Of a stretch of 64,000 bases of DNA, positions 41,646 through 57,227 are shown piece after piece. Below the pieces are notes generated by a model, which was given only the letters and a program-made list of their open reading frames with translations, made no database searches and had not been told where the DNA came from. The DNA comes from Eledone cirrhosa (lineage: Eukaryota), in contig OZ024743.1 in assembly GCA_964016885.1 (NCBI GenBank), forward strand, positions 106,020,001 through 106,084,000, in the 5' to 3' direction. The position numbers and the translations under genes were made by a program. The first letter of the stretch is position 1. Each line of letters opens with the position of its first letter.

Positions 41646-44600
41646 AATAATAATAATAATAAGAAGAAGAAGAACCTTTCGTTGTCGGTAACTAGAATAG
41701 CAAACAGTTCATCAAAGCAACGATCCGGTGCGCTGTGTGCGTACTGAGTTCGATTTCTGCTTCTTATTGCCATCGATGTGATCGATGGATACTGACTTCC
41801 ACAGAAATAACATTGGTAACTTAATTCACTTAATTAGTATTCTTTTCGTACGTTCTTCCCTACATCACCACCCAAACTATATTCGGGTCATCGCTTCACT
41901 CTCGCTATTACTAATACCAAAAACTATCTATGTAACTAAGTACTATGTATATTACCAGTGACAAACCTCTTCCTATTATCTTCTTACATGTAAAACTTTA
42001 TGATAACTGAGCAAATAAACAGGAGAGTTATACAATACGTTAGGGAGAATAACAAATCCATTATTATTACCTTGTTTCCTAAAGTGTTTGATTCTAATCT
42101 TCAGCTTGGAATATAAATCTCTTAAATTAATTCCTGATTCTTTGAAATCGTACAGAACATCTTTCTTTAAAGGGATGAGAAAAAATATCGCTTTGCTAAT
42201 AGAATATTAATTTAATGAATATTGCTTACGATTCCTCCTCAGGAACAACGTCACTGACTTGAGTTATTCAAATCCACACCAATTCCCTTAAGCTCGATTA
42301 TTCTAATACATGCATTATACTTTTTGTATAAGGTTATTTTTATTGGCATAGAAATTGAATCTCCAACTTCTAGAACAAACTGTACCTAAATGGTTAAACA
42401 CGCTTGATGCTGTTATACTTGGATATATTACATATATATTTCTGTCATGGAGTATTGAATAGTACAGAATTATACATTCCTAGTAAATATTGGATTTTTG
42501 GAACTCGATTGTTAAAAACTGTGAGATAGTCAAAAATATATATCACCAGAAACTAACCATTTTGACATCTATTTACGGTGAAAACTTTTGCCTATTTTCA
42601 ATCGATAACTCTATTACGATCGATGAACCGACTCCTATAAAATCAGACATTTCCTGTAGTATAACTGAATTTTACCGTATCTGAAAACTGAAAGGAAGGA
42701 CGTCATGGCTGAATTATTTCTTGCAGAATAAGGAATTACTAGCGAAATTTCAATTTTATAAATCTATTTAAACTCATTCAAGCAACAAACGGAATAAGCA
42801 GATCGTAAGTTGAGAAATATCTGACATTCAATGTTAATTATTACAATGGATCCTAAACATCTGATACCTTTGAAATCCTTAAGTGAATGTGGTACACTGC
42901 AATACTGGTCGAGCTATGGAAAGACCCGAAGTATTCCCAATTATAATGACTCCACTTTTCCTTCAGAAATGTTATTTAATGAATTCCCAGATTAACAAAA
43001 GATCTTAATCAAACAGCTGCGTATCGGGACTAAACTATACGTAATTAACTGAAAGTATGGTTCAAAACTGGAATAACACTGTTTTCCATCTATAGCCGTC
43101 TCCCTTTCTATAGAAAGATTGACACCCCGAGATAAATCAATTAACATAATCCTCAGATAAACAGATGAGCTTTATATAATTTTCGACAGCATTTCGTGAT
43201 TCATTACACTTTTTAATACTCTATAATTGATACGAGAGGTGCTGAGTTGTTTGGAATTTTTAGCTGTTTAGAAATAAATCAACATTTCACAATCCCAGTT
43301 TAAATCCCACTGAGGCTGAATATATTTTTAATATTTTTAATTTCAGTAAAATACGTATAAGTCAAATACTAATGTTAATATGATCGAGAGTCGCCTCCGT
43401 CTCTTATAACTTTTTATTTATTATATATGAAGGGACGACAAGCAATGCAAACTTTGTGATTTTAATATATACATGTGTGCAACAACGAATGAAGTGCCGC
43501 ATCGTAGTCTGACGTTGTTATCTTTATACAAATGATAATAAACACGCCAAGTTAGTAGAAAGAGGACATTGTGTGATATGGGGAAAAGTTATGACTGATT
43601 AAATATTCACATTTATATTACTGAATCAACTTTATAGCGAGGATTTAAGTTGAATTTACATCGACAGGAAATGAAGCCTAACATATGAATCACCTCACAA
43701 AATAATAGAAAGCAGCCGATCGCATATCCGCTTGATTTAGATTTTATATAATTATTGTATTATAACAACATATGATAATTTTTTTTCAGCAAGTACAAAA
43801 GTAAATTAAGAAGTGGATGTATACAGTGGTGACGTTTTAGAGGAGAATGTCCATTAATCACAAGTCCCTTTAGAAAGAGGACCTGTCAATAGACCTGATG
43901 ATTATAATACCTGATTGTAAGAAGGCTTGATTGATAGAGATCCTTTTAGTTGGATGAAATTTTACTATTGTATACACAATTATTGAGAATAGCTTACAGT
44001 GTATGTGATGGCTTTTGAAACGTTGAATCTTGTCTTCACTTTTCATTCGTAAGAAAGTTGGAGATTTCCACTTACGACAACTCTTGTTTGTGAGTCTTTC
44101 TGGAGACGATATATCACCTAGTGTTGAATCTTGGACACCCACACCTAGTTCCAAAACGAATGCAGAGGTACAAAAGAAAATTTCGAATAAAATTCATTCC
44201 CTTTGTTTAGTCTGATGAGAATGAAAATATTGAGTCGGATTTAAGTGGAGAAACTTGCATTAAATCAGGGAGTCAAATGCCTCGAAGTAATATTAAATTA
44301 ATGTACACGGGACGTAGCTTTTTGTACTTATGTCACTATTTGGATTGTTCACACTTTTACATCCACGGTGAGTCAATTGCATTGAAGGAGATTTTTGCAG
44401 CTTGCTTTACCGCCAATTGCGATGTTATGTGTCATTTATCACTGCACTGATAAATGACCGCTTAAAGTCGTATTCCACTCTGTTGGACTCCACTTATGGT
44501 CAGTTTTACATCTGATCTCTTGCTTCCTCTCTCACAACTTCACTCTTCCAGACGTATAGCAATTAACAGTAACGAGTAATATTATCTCAGGTCATGAGTA

Positions 44601-46261
44601 CTCTCAACATAGAAAGAACAGTTTTAATTTATTTTCCACGAAGTGGTAATAATTGTTGATGGAAATATCCGGAACATAAAATCTATGTACAATAGATTTA
44701 CAGGCCATTTAGATTGTCTTCCATGGCATGTACAACAATACCCAGGAGGTTTTTCAAGTGTAACAAAAACATCTTAGGTAAAACGTTATTAGTTCAGGTT
44801 CCTTTGATTTTTACATTGGTACATACAGAAATTTTAGTAGGGAAGAAACCACTCCTGGATCTTTACGTTAATGTGCACACACTGAAACTCTGAATGTTGC
44901 TCCTTTTCACTTCCTGGTTCATTTGTTCCACGTTTGAATAAAGTAAATCCTTCATACAAACATTTTTTAAGTGATTCGTCATATAAAATTAAAATAATTC
45001 CATATCCTTACTTCACATCTCGGTTTCATTTCACTCATTCTGACAATACTATAGATGAATTTAGAAAAATAAAGCATTCTCTTTCTTTATTTTAACAAAA
45101 TAAATGCATCTATAAAATTGATGAATTTATGTGATAAACAACTTTCTAACGGAACATTACGAGAAAACATATGAAAGGGACAATATTGGGCCTTTGTTCC
45201 GCTGTGTACCCTAACACAAGAAAAGAAGAAATACTTTCCCGTGAAGATAGTATAGCCATGAATACACTTTCGGTATCAAGCTGAAAACAACACACTACTA
45301 GGCTAGTGGTGTGATGACATATTCCATCCGCCAATAAGCATAAATATTGACAAGTGGATATATTTAAAACATTTTAACTAATATCAAAAGCAATTAACGA
45401 AGAAATAAGCACTTGGCTGTCGAGACGACTCCCATGTCTAATTTGAGGCAGACCTCCCTCATCTCTGTGCTACAGTGATGGCTTTGAGAAATGCGTGGTT
45501 ACCGAAATACCTCGCTTTTCTATTCTACAGTACACGACCTTTGTGCCTTATCAATATATAAGAAATAAATTAGTTCACTGTATATGATACATAAATGTAC
45601 GATATAATTTTAGAATGCACAATATAGTTGGTATTTAGATATGGATATTTGCAAAGCATTTGATAAATAGATATATAAAAAAAATTACGGAACCAAGAAT
45701 AAATCGATGATGTTATTTCATTCTCATTTAAAATTATGTTGTCTGATTTTCAAACAGAATATAATAATGTTCATGTTGATTATCAGCAGATCGGTAAACC
45801 ATTTCTTTAATCTCTAGAACTCGTTTTTTTTTTAGCTTCCAATATTATTGGAAAAATAGATTTTCTACTGTATCAAACATTGAAAGAAAAAAATCTCTGG
45901 CAGCTTTTTTTCTCGGTAATCCAATAGATGAAACGAAAACATCTTGTAACAAGTAATGTTAACGCCATCTCCAATTATGTGTTAATATCCCATCCGCCAG
46001 TATATCTAAAAAGAAAGAACAGTAAATATTAGACAGTTATCTATTACTTTCAAAGAATTACTTCGATAAACTTGTATTTACATTGAGTGAAATAAAGATT
46101 TTACATTTAAGTACAAGTTCAGCAGATAAAGGTAGCAATGTAGTCAATTGTACGAATCAGGTACATCGACATATATATGTTTGTAATCGTAACACCCGAT
46201 GGAATCGTATGAGCACCGTATGCATTTTGAACATTGCGGACTCCATTCCCCTTCCAGATCT

Positions 46262-46263
<2 letters not shown>

Positions 46264-46338
<75 letters not shown>
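46264..46338. repeat. (GA)n microsatellite
   Basis: Direct reading. Confidence 0.95.
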
Positions 46339-46342
<4 letters not shown>

Positions 46343-47224
46343 GAGGGACATCTGATTCTAGTATCGGGCTGGTACTATTTTATCGACCTCAAATAGATGA
46401 AAAACAAAGTTGAACTAAGTGTTATTTGAATGCAGAGAGCCGCAATGAATAGTGAAAAATATTCTCTGCGACGCTCAAGTCGAAACATTCTTAGCACATG
46501 AAGACAGAAAAAGAAATGTAAAATTTAGCACTCTTACGTTCTACAAATTTAGTTATCTACAAATCTTTGATCACTAATGCATAATTGTGAATAATATAAT
46601 TTCGTAATTTAACAAAACATAATTACAATACATACCAGTTTTCATTAACTCAATAAATTTATATAGATGTATTTCAGTAATCATATTTGCTATTAAATAG
46701 TTCATGATATCCATCGGAAACTTAAAACGCTTACATTCCTTTTCTCAGAAAAAAAAGAATGTAAACCATATTTCCATTTTAGAGTTAAAATCAGTTCATT
46801 TGACTTATTTCAGAAATGTCATTTTCAAACATCACTGAAGCTATAACACATAAAAAAATAGGAATTAAACGCTGACATTTTATATGTTTACTGGCTATAA
46901 ACGGTAATAGAATATAGCAAATAATAGCATTATTTCCTGATCCCTTTAGTTAACGAGATCGTTATTAAATAATGATATTATCTAAAAGAGCAGTATATAT
47001 ATTAAAGGTTCCTTTTATTCTTTTGAAATTATAAATGGCTCCCATTCATATAAAATAATAACAATTTAAATTGCTTAAAACCCACAAGAAATGTTACAAT
47101 ATTACTATTTGAATTTCAACTAGTGATGTTAAATATTTCTATAAATTCACCGATGAAAGTGGATCCGATAGCTGTCACCAAAGTTAAACTATTCGGTATT
47201 TCTACTAACGTTTTCAAATTATTT

Positions 47225-47510
47225 TATAATTGTTTCTACTTTTGGCACAAGGCCAGCAATCAGCCAGTGCATTACTGGTACTTTATTTTATCGACCCCGT
47301 AAGGATGAAAGGCAAAGTCAACAATATTTTATAATTGTCTCTACTTTTGACACAAGGCCATCAATTACCCAGTACATTACTGGTATTTTATTTTATCGAC
47401 CCCGTAAGGAGGAAGGGCAAAGTTAAAATCGGCTGGTTTTGAACTCAGACCGCAAAGCGACGTAACTATGCTGGAAAGCAAGGCGTCAGACCCTCTAACG
47501 ATACTGCCAA
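47225..47510 (-). mobile_element. One full and one partial SINE in tandem
   Basis: Two copies of ACTGGTA(C)TTTATTTTATCGACCCCGTAAGG. Confidence 0.85.
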
Positions 47511-47706
47511 CAATGAAAGATGGATACGTCAATGTTTATCGCAATTAAGTTATAACCAACTTATGAAATATGACCACCTATTTGGGCACCTTCTAAGGCA
47601 GCATTGGTTATCAGTAATTTGACATGACCAATTAAGGCCATATTTATTTTAATGTATTTATATAGACTCTTCTATTTATCGTGTTTCGTCAATTTTCAAG
47701 AAATAT

Positions 47707-50200
47707 CTTCTTCTTCTTTTTCTTCTTCTTCTTCTTCTTCTTCTTGAGAGGGTCGTGGAGCAGAGTCATCGAACACTCCTTCAGGCGGTTCCTGCCAGAA
47801 GCAACCGTCTACAGCTGGTCCGTCCAGCTGGACCCCCAAGGAACACTTGCCAGTCTCATGGATATTGTCCAACCATCTTTTCGCAGTCTATCCCTGGCCC
47901 TCCTAACATTTGATTTTCTTGTAAAATCTGTCCATCTTTCCATATTTGGAGAATTCGAAGAATTAGCGGGTCTAACTGTAGTGACTCTATAATCTCTGAG
48001 CTATGCACTCTCTCGAGTAACGTTACTCCAAAGACTTCCGGAGGACCTCCATTTCGGCCGCTTGTATTCGCAGTCTTAATCTTTCGGTAATTACCCAAGA
48101 TTCATCACCATGGGAAACGTTTGGCACGAATAACGAATTAAGAATAGCGAGTTTGGCTGTTATACCTACATCACTTCTTCTGATTATTGAATGCTGAAGA
48201 TGGTGCATTACTGTACCACCTACTGTAATACTTACACCTATTTGAGCCACCTGCCTTCCATCACTCGTAGACACGGCCCTGACATACATGAATCTTTCTA
48301 CCTTCTTCAGTGGAGCTCCATTCGAATGTAGAGCGCACAGTACAGGCTTCGTTGAGAGGACAACTGCCTCTGTTTTAGCAGCACTGATTTTCATTCCAGC
48401 CACGCAGTACTCGCAATCAAACCTATCGATTGCAAGTCGGAGATAAGCTTCTGTCCAGTTAAGTAACAACATATATTCTTCAAATTTCAGCTGACTGATT
48501 TAACACCCGCCTATCATGGCACCACTTCCAACTCAGCTACGCATGTCAATCATAATCATGAAAATAATGAACAGGGGAGTTGACGGTACGCACCCTTGTC
48601 TGAGTTCATCAGCTACCTTGGACTCGAGAGTCTCCCTCCATCTCTTTGCCAGACGCTCAGCATAGACATTACCGGGGATGCTTAACAAAGAGATCCCACT
48701 GTAATTGGAAGAATCACTCTTGTCTCCCTTTTTGAAAATTGGGATTATCACGCCTGATTACCATAGTATTTAATGATTTAGTATCAAAAAAATGTGTTGT
48801 TGGCATGTGTGTTCTGTTGAAAGTATCAAGCAAATGGATAAATGTTGAGCTAACTGTAGAAATGTAGGGTAATACTATATATCTTGTTGAATACAATAGA
48901 AAGTGATCTAAATTCCAGAGATCCAGTCCACCAGTCACACAAGTGTCAGTCAGAGAAAAATTTCTGTATTTAAAGATTTCAACATCTCGGGCCAGATTTC
49001 ATTTTCCCCAGCGACCTTGCCACATTTGAGCAATTTCACTGCTCTTGTAACCACACCCTCTGAGAAATTACTGACAGTTCCCAGATGCACTGATTTTACA
49101 TCAGAAGATACTGTTGTGATCGAGTTTAAAAGATTAGCAAAGTTTTTTCTCCGCTTCGCGAGCATGCACCTCTCTGAAAAGAGGAGAACACCAGGCGCGT
49201 TCTTCATAGCATGTGTGGAGAAGGGCTCTTTATTACGAAGTCGAGGGAAGATCTGCCAGAACACTTTGCTTGCTGATTTGAAGTCGGTTTACAGTTTAAC
49301 CTCAACATCCATCCAATGTCTTAACTTTGAACGCCTTTAGTGTCTCTGCTACCATTGTTCGTTCCTGTTTGTACCGCAAGTGAAACAAGGAGGTAATAAA
49401 ATAATTTCAAGCCAAGCCTTGTAAGCATCCTTCAAACCCTGCATGTTTCTGTGCTGGAAGAAGGTGTTCATAAGAAAGAGTGAAATGCTCCAATCAGTCC
49501 TTACCATTTCAGCTGGTAAGTACCAGCATGAGCATTGACATCTTCCATCAGGATATATGACTCACTCTTTACTACATCTAACGCTGCAGTGATTTCATCA
49601 AGGAAGGACCTTTATTTGGACATCTTGTATGGTTCACGAACTTGCACCAGTCACAGAGACCAATCTTTCAGCCGAAGCTTGAAGAGTCCAATCCACCCTC
49701 CTAATGGGATTTAGCCCATAACACATTCTTACAGCTATTGAAACATGAAATGGAGACTGCAATATATTTCCCGAACAGGCACTTCTACTACAAGGCCTGA
49801 ACGTAGCTCTTTTTAACCCGTGTGAAAGACCATGCGGTAAGGTTCTATTTTGCTTTCCTCAACATATTGCAGTTTCAGTTTCAGTGGTCTTATTGGCGCC
49901 ATAATCCGCAAAGACTAGGCTTTGTTAGAGGCGGCCTTTACTAGCCTCATCATAGTTACGTCATTGGGTTGCAAAAATTGTTGGGAGCTGCAGGTGTCAC
50001 CCATTCCTCCATCTCCTTTAGTAGTTTACCGTGTTTTGGATCGGGGTTGCTTATTCGCCCGGCAGTTGCCTGCTTATATCACACCAAGCGATCATAACGG
50101 GTGGCCGAATCGCTATCCACCACATGCAACCAGTTCTCTAGCAGATCACCTCTGCCAGGAAGTAAGCCTATATACACTATGTATATGTTTACCTGATTTT
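47707..50200 (-). mobile_element. Decayed RTE-clade LINE with (AAG)n tail
   Basis: IIPIFKKGDK..NYSGISLLSIPG, LRQGCVPS, GMKIS..KTE, RIQAAEM, KVAGENEIWPEMLK; APE remnants at ~49440-49700. Confidence 0.85.
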
Positions 50201-52513
50201 CCATTTCATTCGTGAATATTCAAGCTGGTTGCTCGGAAATAGTGGGCTTAATAACCAACTAAACCAGCTGTAGAGAAATTGTGAATTCACACCTGATATA
50301 TACCCTGCAATAAGTGAGACATCGGAGTTAACTTACAGGGACATAATTATAATTTCTACCAGTTTTCATTTTTGTATGATCTGTCATGTTTTCTAACAAG
50401 AACAGGATTATTCAAGAATTTGAGTGAAATATTCTTGCATGATCTTTTCTTGATATGCACTTATTACCACCACCCGAATTAATTAGATCTCAGAGTTATA
50501 TCTTTTATAATGCAGTTAGTTTACTAGTTTGGCATCGAAATCGAATTCGTTTAATAGCTAGTATATCATCTGGAACGTGTGCATAGTTAAACAATAATAT
50601 TGAGACAGAATCTCGTAAACTTTTATACCTAAAATACGGTAACAATATACTTGCAGTCATTGTACTTCATTGAATGATTGTAACACATTGCCACACATTG
50701 CTTTTATACATCACATAGAAATTTTCAGAATACCTTAGAAACACTTTTGGAAGAGATCGATAAACCCATTTATGACAGTTCGATTGTTTTTACAATCGGT
50801 GCATCTCAGACAAAATTTCTGTAAAGTTTTACCAGGCTCTTATACTACAACGTGTTGAATTAAAAGATTTTTCCCACGAACAGCGCAATAAAGCCTGCAG
50901 CAACCAATATAAACGACAACTAACTCAGTCTGTTCGCATTACTATTAATATATTCGTTGAATTGACACAATTATTTAGTGAGAAAGTTTTCTTCAGTGGC
51001 GAATGATGGAAGTTTACACTTGCAAATATCGCTAAACTAAAGTAGCTGTCACCGTTGTGATGTTATGAAACATTGAATCGCATTTAAATATATTACCTGA
51101 GGTGATTTGGAGAATTCTATAGAGGTAAATGATCCCACATTTTCTACCAGGTTTCGATATCCAGCTATTCTTATTTAAATGATATTCAGCGAATTGTCTG
51201 ATTATCAATAGCTAGATAAATGTAATCAAGAAATATCAGTATGCCTAATAATATTTTTTTCTTTTGTATATTAACTAGCAAAATTCAAACCTAGTTAATT
51301 GGGCATCGATAAAATAATCTATTCGTCCAAGGCTAAGTGACAGGCGACTTATCTTCACGAAAAATACTTTAATACAGCTGAAATGAAAAACTTATTTGTA
51401 TTACATAATGTTTGGAAAAGGTAGTACCAGTAAATAGCAATCACTCTATAATAAAGTGGACGCTCGGCAAGTGATACGTACATTGGTTCGCATCTCATCA
51501 ATTGACTAGCTGCTACTTTCTGTCTGAATACAGTGCTAATATCATTTCCATTAAATTTTAGCAGTTAATTTAAAATGTGATTTATGGCTTCGGCCTTCGT
51601 CGCAAACATCAAAATACAATAAGATACTTCGCTATGATGGACATTTGTAAAATAGTTTATCCTGTTAACTCTCAGTAATTGAAGAATTATGGTATGTAGA
51701 TAGAATAGTTGGCTTAAAGTAGCTTGTGTAATTTATAGTATTTATTTTAAGAAAACGAAATGACAAATGCTCTGTTATAATCGGTACAGCGGTAAGCTCG
51801 CTAACAGTATATAATGAGGTTGTTTCCGCCTGAAATTGTTCATTATAATAAATGTCTAATATCATATCCGTTTAAATCTTAACACCTAATTCACTTATGA
51901 GCTTACTCATTTATTCTTTTACGAGATTCAGTGACCGGAATACTCCTGTGGGTAAATCATTGTAGAAAGGGCAAAAAAGTATTTCCGTATTTCTACCGAT
52001 TTACTGATCATTGAGTTCGAAAGACGCCATGGTCAACATTGTCGGTCTTCCTTTTGTGTTCGACAAAATACGTTAAAAGTCTAGGGTAAAAGATTGATGG
52101 ACGTATATGAATGTGGTCATACGAAACTCGTTATGTTATTTTTTAATTGTCTTCTGAGTTAAACTCCTCCAGTGAACTACTTTGTCACACGGTTTAATGA
52201 ATATTCCTGTCACACGGTTTAATGAATATTTCTGCCCTCCATTCAGATGTGGTTCGAGGAGTAGAGTCAGGTACAAGTATTCAAGACTGGTCTCGGTTTT
52301 TCGGATACGTTTTGTTTCTCTGCAGCATCAGAACATACGAAAAGGTTCGTAGAAAAAAGGCTAACAAATTGCTAACGTCACAATTACAAGGGTTCAAGTC
52401 GATACTGTTATTTCAGTTACATAATATATATGTATATAAAAACGAATAGATACGCTATGCACCTTTCAAGTAACACCGGTGATTTCACAGGCAAATATAA
52501 AATCAGGTACCAC

Positions 52514-52612
<99 letters not shown>

Positions 52613-53379
52613 CTCATTAGTATTTTCAAGTTCAATATTTCTGTCTTCATATATAGAAATACAGATGAGTAGTATTCCCCCGAAGGTGCAACGTTATTTT
52701 TTTTCTTAGACTTGGTAATGACAAGGTCATTGTATAATCGTATTTCATTTCTGAAGATGCACAATATTTAATAATGCTTTGTTATACTTAATATATTTAC
52801 TATTCGTCTTGCTAAATTTACATAGCAAACATAGTTATTTTAATTTGTTATATATATGTATGTATATATATATGCATATATATATATATATATATATATA
52901 TAACCTCGATGTGAACAATCGTGCACATAGCGTTGGAGACCATACAATAACTTTAAAATAAACACATTCTCCGACAGTAATGGCATAACTGTCAGACCTG
53001 TTGAATAACTGGATAATCTACTAAATATATTCATTGAAGAACCTTTTGTTCGAAATCGTAGAGATTTTCGGCTAAATACTAACTACACTTTACATGCATT
53101 TACTACACGCAACATGACACTAAACACATCAACAACACTAGTGGAGAATCATCAAAGAAAAACAACAAGAAATGTAAATCATAATCTTCAGAAGGAACCG
53201 AAACTAAGAATTGGACTTTTTATTTTGTTACGAACTTAATAGCCATTGCTTTAATTGTTATAACATGGCTATATGGACAATATGAAGCTATTCAGAACAA
53301 ATTCAATTCACAGCCAAACACTTACGTCAACATGCAATGTTCGTCGAACTTAGAAATAACTTCCATATTATTCAAAACA

Positions 53380-53562
53380 ATAATTGTTTCTACTTTTGGC
53401 ACAAGGTCAGCAATTAACAAGTACATTACTAGTAGTTTATTTTATCCACCCACGTAAGGCTGAAAGGCAAAGTCAACCTCCGCGGTATTTGAACTCAGAC
53501 CGTAAAGGAACGTAACTATGCTGAAAAGCATGGCGTCCGACTTTCCACCGATGCTGCCAATT
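53380..53562 (-). mobile_element. tRNA-derived SINE
   Basis: Same family as 57046-57227. Confidence 0.82.
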
Positions 53563-53899
53563 CAAAAACAATAATGAAACCTTTACAAATAACAATACTA
53601 AGGGATCAGTCTCCTTGATCAAATATAAAATCACCACTTGCAACAGGCCGCCATGTTACTAGGCTTTCTAGCAGCCAATCTGTTCGTCAACAACCAACAG
53701 CAATACACACAAATCCCTTGAAATAGCCATGCCGGCGAGGAATATGACACCATGTGTATGAACTGAGTTTACTTTGACTGTTATGGTATTTCGCAGTCAC
53801 GTTGATCATCAACGTCAAAACACTGTCAATGAGTATAGACAGGTATAATATAAACCGAGCTAAACTTTCCAGAGAGAAATTAATTCATGTATGAATATT

Positions 53900-56495
53900 T
53901 CATTCGCAGAACGATATACATGAACAATATTAAACAACAAACCGAATAATGACATTTTGCGTGCTATTGACGAAATTGAAGGCGTATATGAACGACAAAT
54001 AGAGATGTTAACAGAAACAATACACCAAGAAATGCAATCATATATTACAAAAATAGAAAATCAGATTGATAACTTACAGAAAACATTTGGATATGTGACA
54101 ATGCATTTGACATGCGAACGAAACCAAGAATCTGCACCCCTCACAAATGAAGAAAAACATTGAAATAACAATGATGTTTGGAGATGGAACAACCAGAACA
54201 CTTCAAAACATTTTGATTAACCTCAAACGAGAATTGAGTGCTGTCAGCGAGAAGATTCTACACTTGAAGAAGGAGGCTAAAAGAAAAAGAATTAATAAAA
54301 GATTCAGCCAAAACCAAAAATCAGTATATACAGATTTGAAAAGCAAACATGTCGCAGGGAATATCATAGAGAGAGGACATAGATTCCTTCGAATGAAAAA
54401 TATGTGTTGAGGGAAAGAAATTCAGACGAGATTCAATGTGTTTGAATGAACTCTAAATTAACTATTGTCCTTGCATTGCAACAAAACATACAGCATTATT
54501 GCAGCTTAAGACTGTGAAAGGAAAACTCCAAGATAAGAAAGCACTTGGAAGAAACTTGACGGATAAATAAAAAACGGACATTCGATCTCTACCGCTAAGC
54601 TCTCAAGGGAGATGCTAATGTAGCAAGGTCATTGACATTATTAGAAGCTATGTTAATTGTCATTAACAGAAGATATTTTAATCGCCAAGATCAAAGATAC
54701 CCACATGACAACAAACTACTGACACATTGCATGCCAGAACCTAATGTACAGCTTCATTTCTGTAGGATCACTGAGACAATAATAATATCATCACAAATAA
54801 GCAAGCAGCTGGGAAGAAAGGAGTTTGAGGGTGTGCAGAGCAACTCCTAATTAACAAAACCGGGATTTTAGAGGGAATTGTTAACCTCTGGCTGGACTAC
54901 AGCAAAGCATTCAATTCTGTTTCACACTCTTGGATGACATATGCTCTCCGACTTGCTGATGTCTCCGACCCCATTATCAGAAACATAGATAACCTATCTT
55001 CTTCTTGGGCTACTATCCTACAGTTAAATCAGAGGAGTTCTCTATTTTCATTGATAAAATAGAATATTACAGTGGTGTATTTAAGGAGATATTCTGTCTG
55101 TTGCTATTTATAGTGTCATTAATAGTGTCACCAACCTCCTGAATAGAAATGTATTTTAGCGTTTGGTCAGGATAAATGTTCGTATATGATCATAAAGCGG
55201 GGGTTAAACTACAAGCCAATCTAGCTATATTTCTATCAATGGCTTTTCTGTTCCACCGGTATGTGTTGAGGACTTTTATAGGTATTCAGGATTAGATGAA
55301 AATATATCGTAAGACGAAAATTGTAACATGGAACGTATAACCCGGGAAGATAATAACCAAATAAGAACAATATGATCTTCTGAACTCTCTGCGCACAATG
55401 GCCCTCTATATTATTGTTGTAACTCTCATGACACCAACATTCGGAATACTTCATTGGACGCTAGATGAAATCCGATCAATCGATAGTAAATTGTGAAGAA
55501 TCATTACCAGTATCGGAAATTCCCACATCAACTTTGACATATACGGCCTCAACATGAAATATAAACAGGGAGGTAGAGGTTTAACTTCAGACCAGATAGC
55601 ATTGGTGTGTTGTATATCGGAACTGTTAAGCGTAGGAGACCATCTATTGAACAGGTTTGTTTATATGAGACAGATAAAATCATGAGAGTTGGGAAAGAAA
55701 TCCTTGAAAAATATTCATATAGAGAAACTGCACAACATTACCGCAATGGATGACAATCTGCATGGTTATTAGCAGAAAGTCATATATCTTGCCAGGAAGC
55801 GCGAAAATGAAAGTAATATAGATAAGCAAATTTGTCTATCCTAATCCAACAACCGCTATATAAGCTCTTACTCAAAAGGATAAGCTATTGCAAACCAACA
55901 ACAGAAAATATTTACAAAATATCTGATTCAGACTATAGATAGGGAGGCAGGTAAAATATGTATATGTGGCAATAGATGTAGTTTCTGTGGAATTAACATC
56001 GAATATGTCACCCAGTTGTCCAAACATCTCATCACAGTACCATTTACCTATGAGGCATGATGTAGTGGCCACTATAAAATGCAATCCGTAGAAAGGATAT
56101 GTTACAGCAATGTGGAAGCCATATACATACATAATAAGAGCACTGGTGGGATGTTCCAATCAAAATGCCAATCATTTGCAAACACAACAAACCAGATGAG
56201 ACATAGAAGAGAAGGCATATGTAGTAATAGAATCAACTGTGAAGCAAATGTCAACATAAGGGAAACGGAGAACACTCGTGCTGAACTAATGATGAATCCG
56301 CAGATACTCCCCTACGAATATACTTTTAGATTTGTACTTGTGATCGCTGGAGTTCTTGTTTGTGTTACTTACTGCCGCAGTACAAATCTTGAGAAGCTGA
56401 GATTCAAAGCACCAGAAAGACCATGGTTAGTTAGGAAGTTGCAAGTCGGGTACATTAATGGAACTGTAAAAATATATAAAATATTTCAGAAAGTA
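53900..56495 (+). mobile_element. Heavily decayed R4/Dong-like LINE
   Basis: WLDYSKAFNSVSHSW, GGRGL, YLPMRHDVV, HWWD and KPD remnants. Confidence 0.7.
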
Positions 56496-56579
56496 TGCAT
56501 GCAACGACTGCATATATACATGAATAGACACAGAAACATATACAAGTATACACTATATAACTCCAAACATGCACACCCA

Positions 56580-57000
56580 TACGTGCACACACACACTCAT
56601 AGACAAGTCACACACGCACATTAACTAGACACACACATAGACAAGTTACACACACACATAGACAAGATACACACACATATAGACAATATACACACACACA
56701 TAGACAAAATACACACACACACACACACACATACACACATAGACAAGATAGACACACAGACACAGACATATACAAGATACACACACACACATATTAGACA
56801 CACACACATACACACACACACACACACACTCACACATAGACAAGATACACACACATACACACACACACACACATTAACTAGACACACACACACTCATAGA
56901 CAAGACACACACATATTCTAGACCCGTACACACACATAGACTAGATTCACACACATATACAAACACACACATACACTCACCCATACAGACATACACACGT
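56580..57000. repeat. Compound (CA)n / CATAGACAAG minisatellite
   Basis: ACATAGACAAGATAC units between CA runs. Confidence 0.8.
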
Positions 57001-57045
57001 ATTTATTTAGAAACCGGCTGTTTTTCTATTGGTGAAAATTCATAA

Positions 57046-57227
57046 AATAATTGTTTCTACTTTAGGCACAAGGCCAGCAATTACCCAGTACATTACTGGT
57101 ACTTTATTTTATCGACCCCGTAAGGATGAAAGGCAAAGTTAACCTCGGCGGGATTTGAACTCAGACTGTAAAGGGACGTAACTTTGCTAGAAAGCATGGC
57201 GTCCAACCCTCTACCGATACTGCCAAA
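57046..57227 (-). mobile_element. tRNA-derived SINE
   Basis: Close match to 32130-32309 on the opposite strand. Confidence 0.88.
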
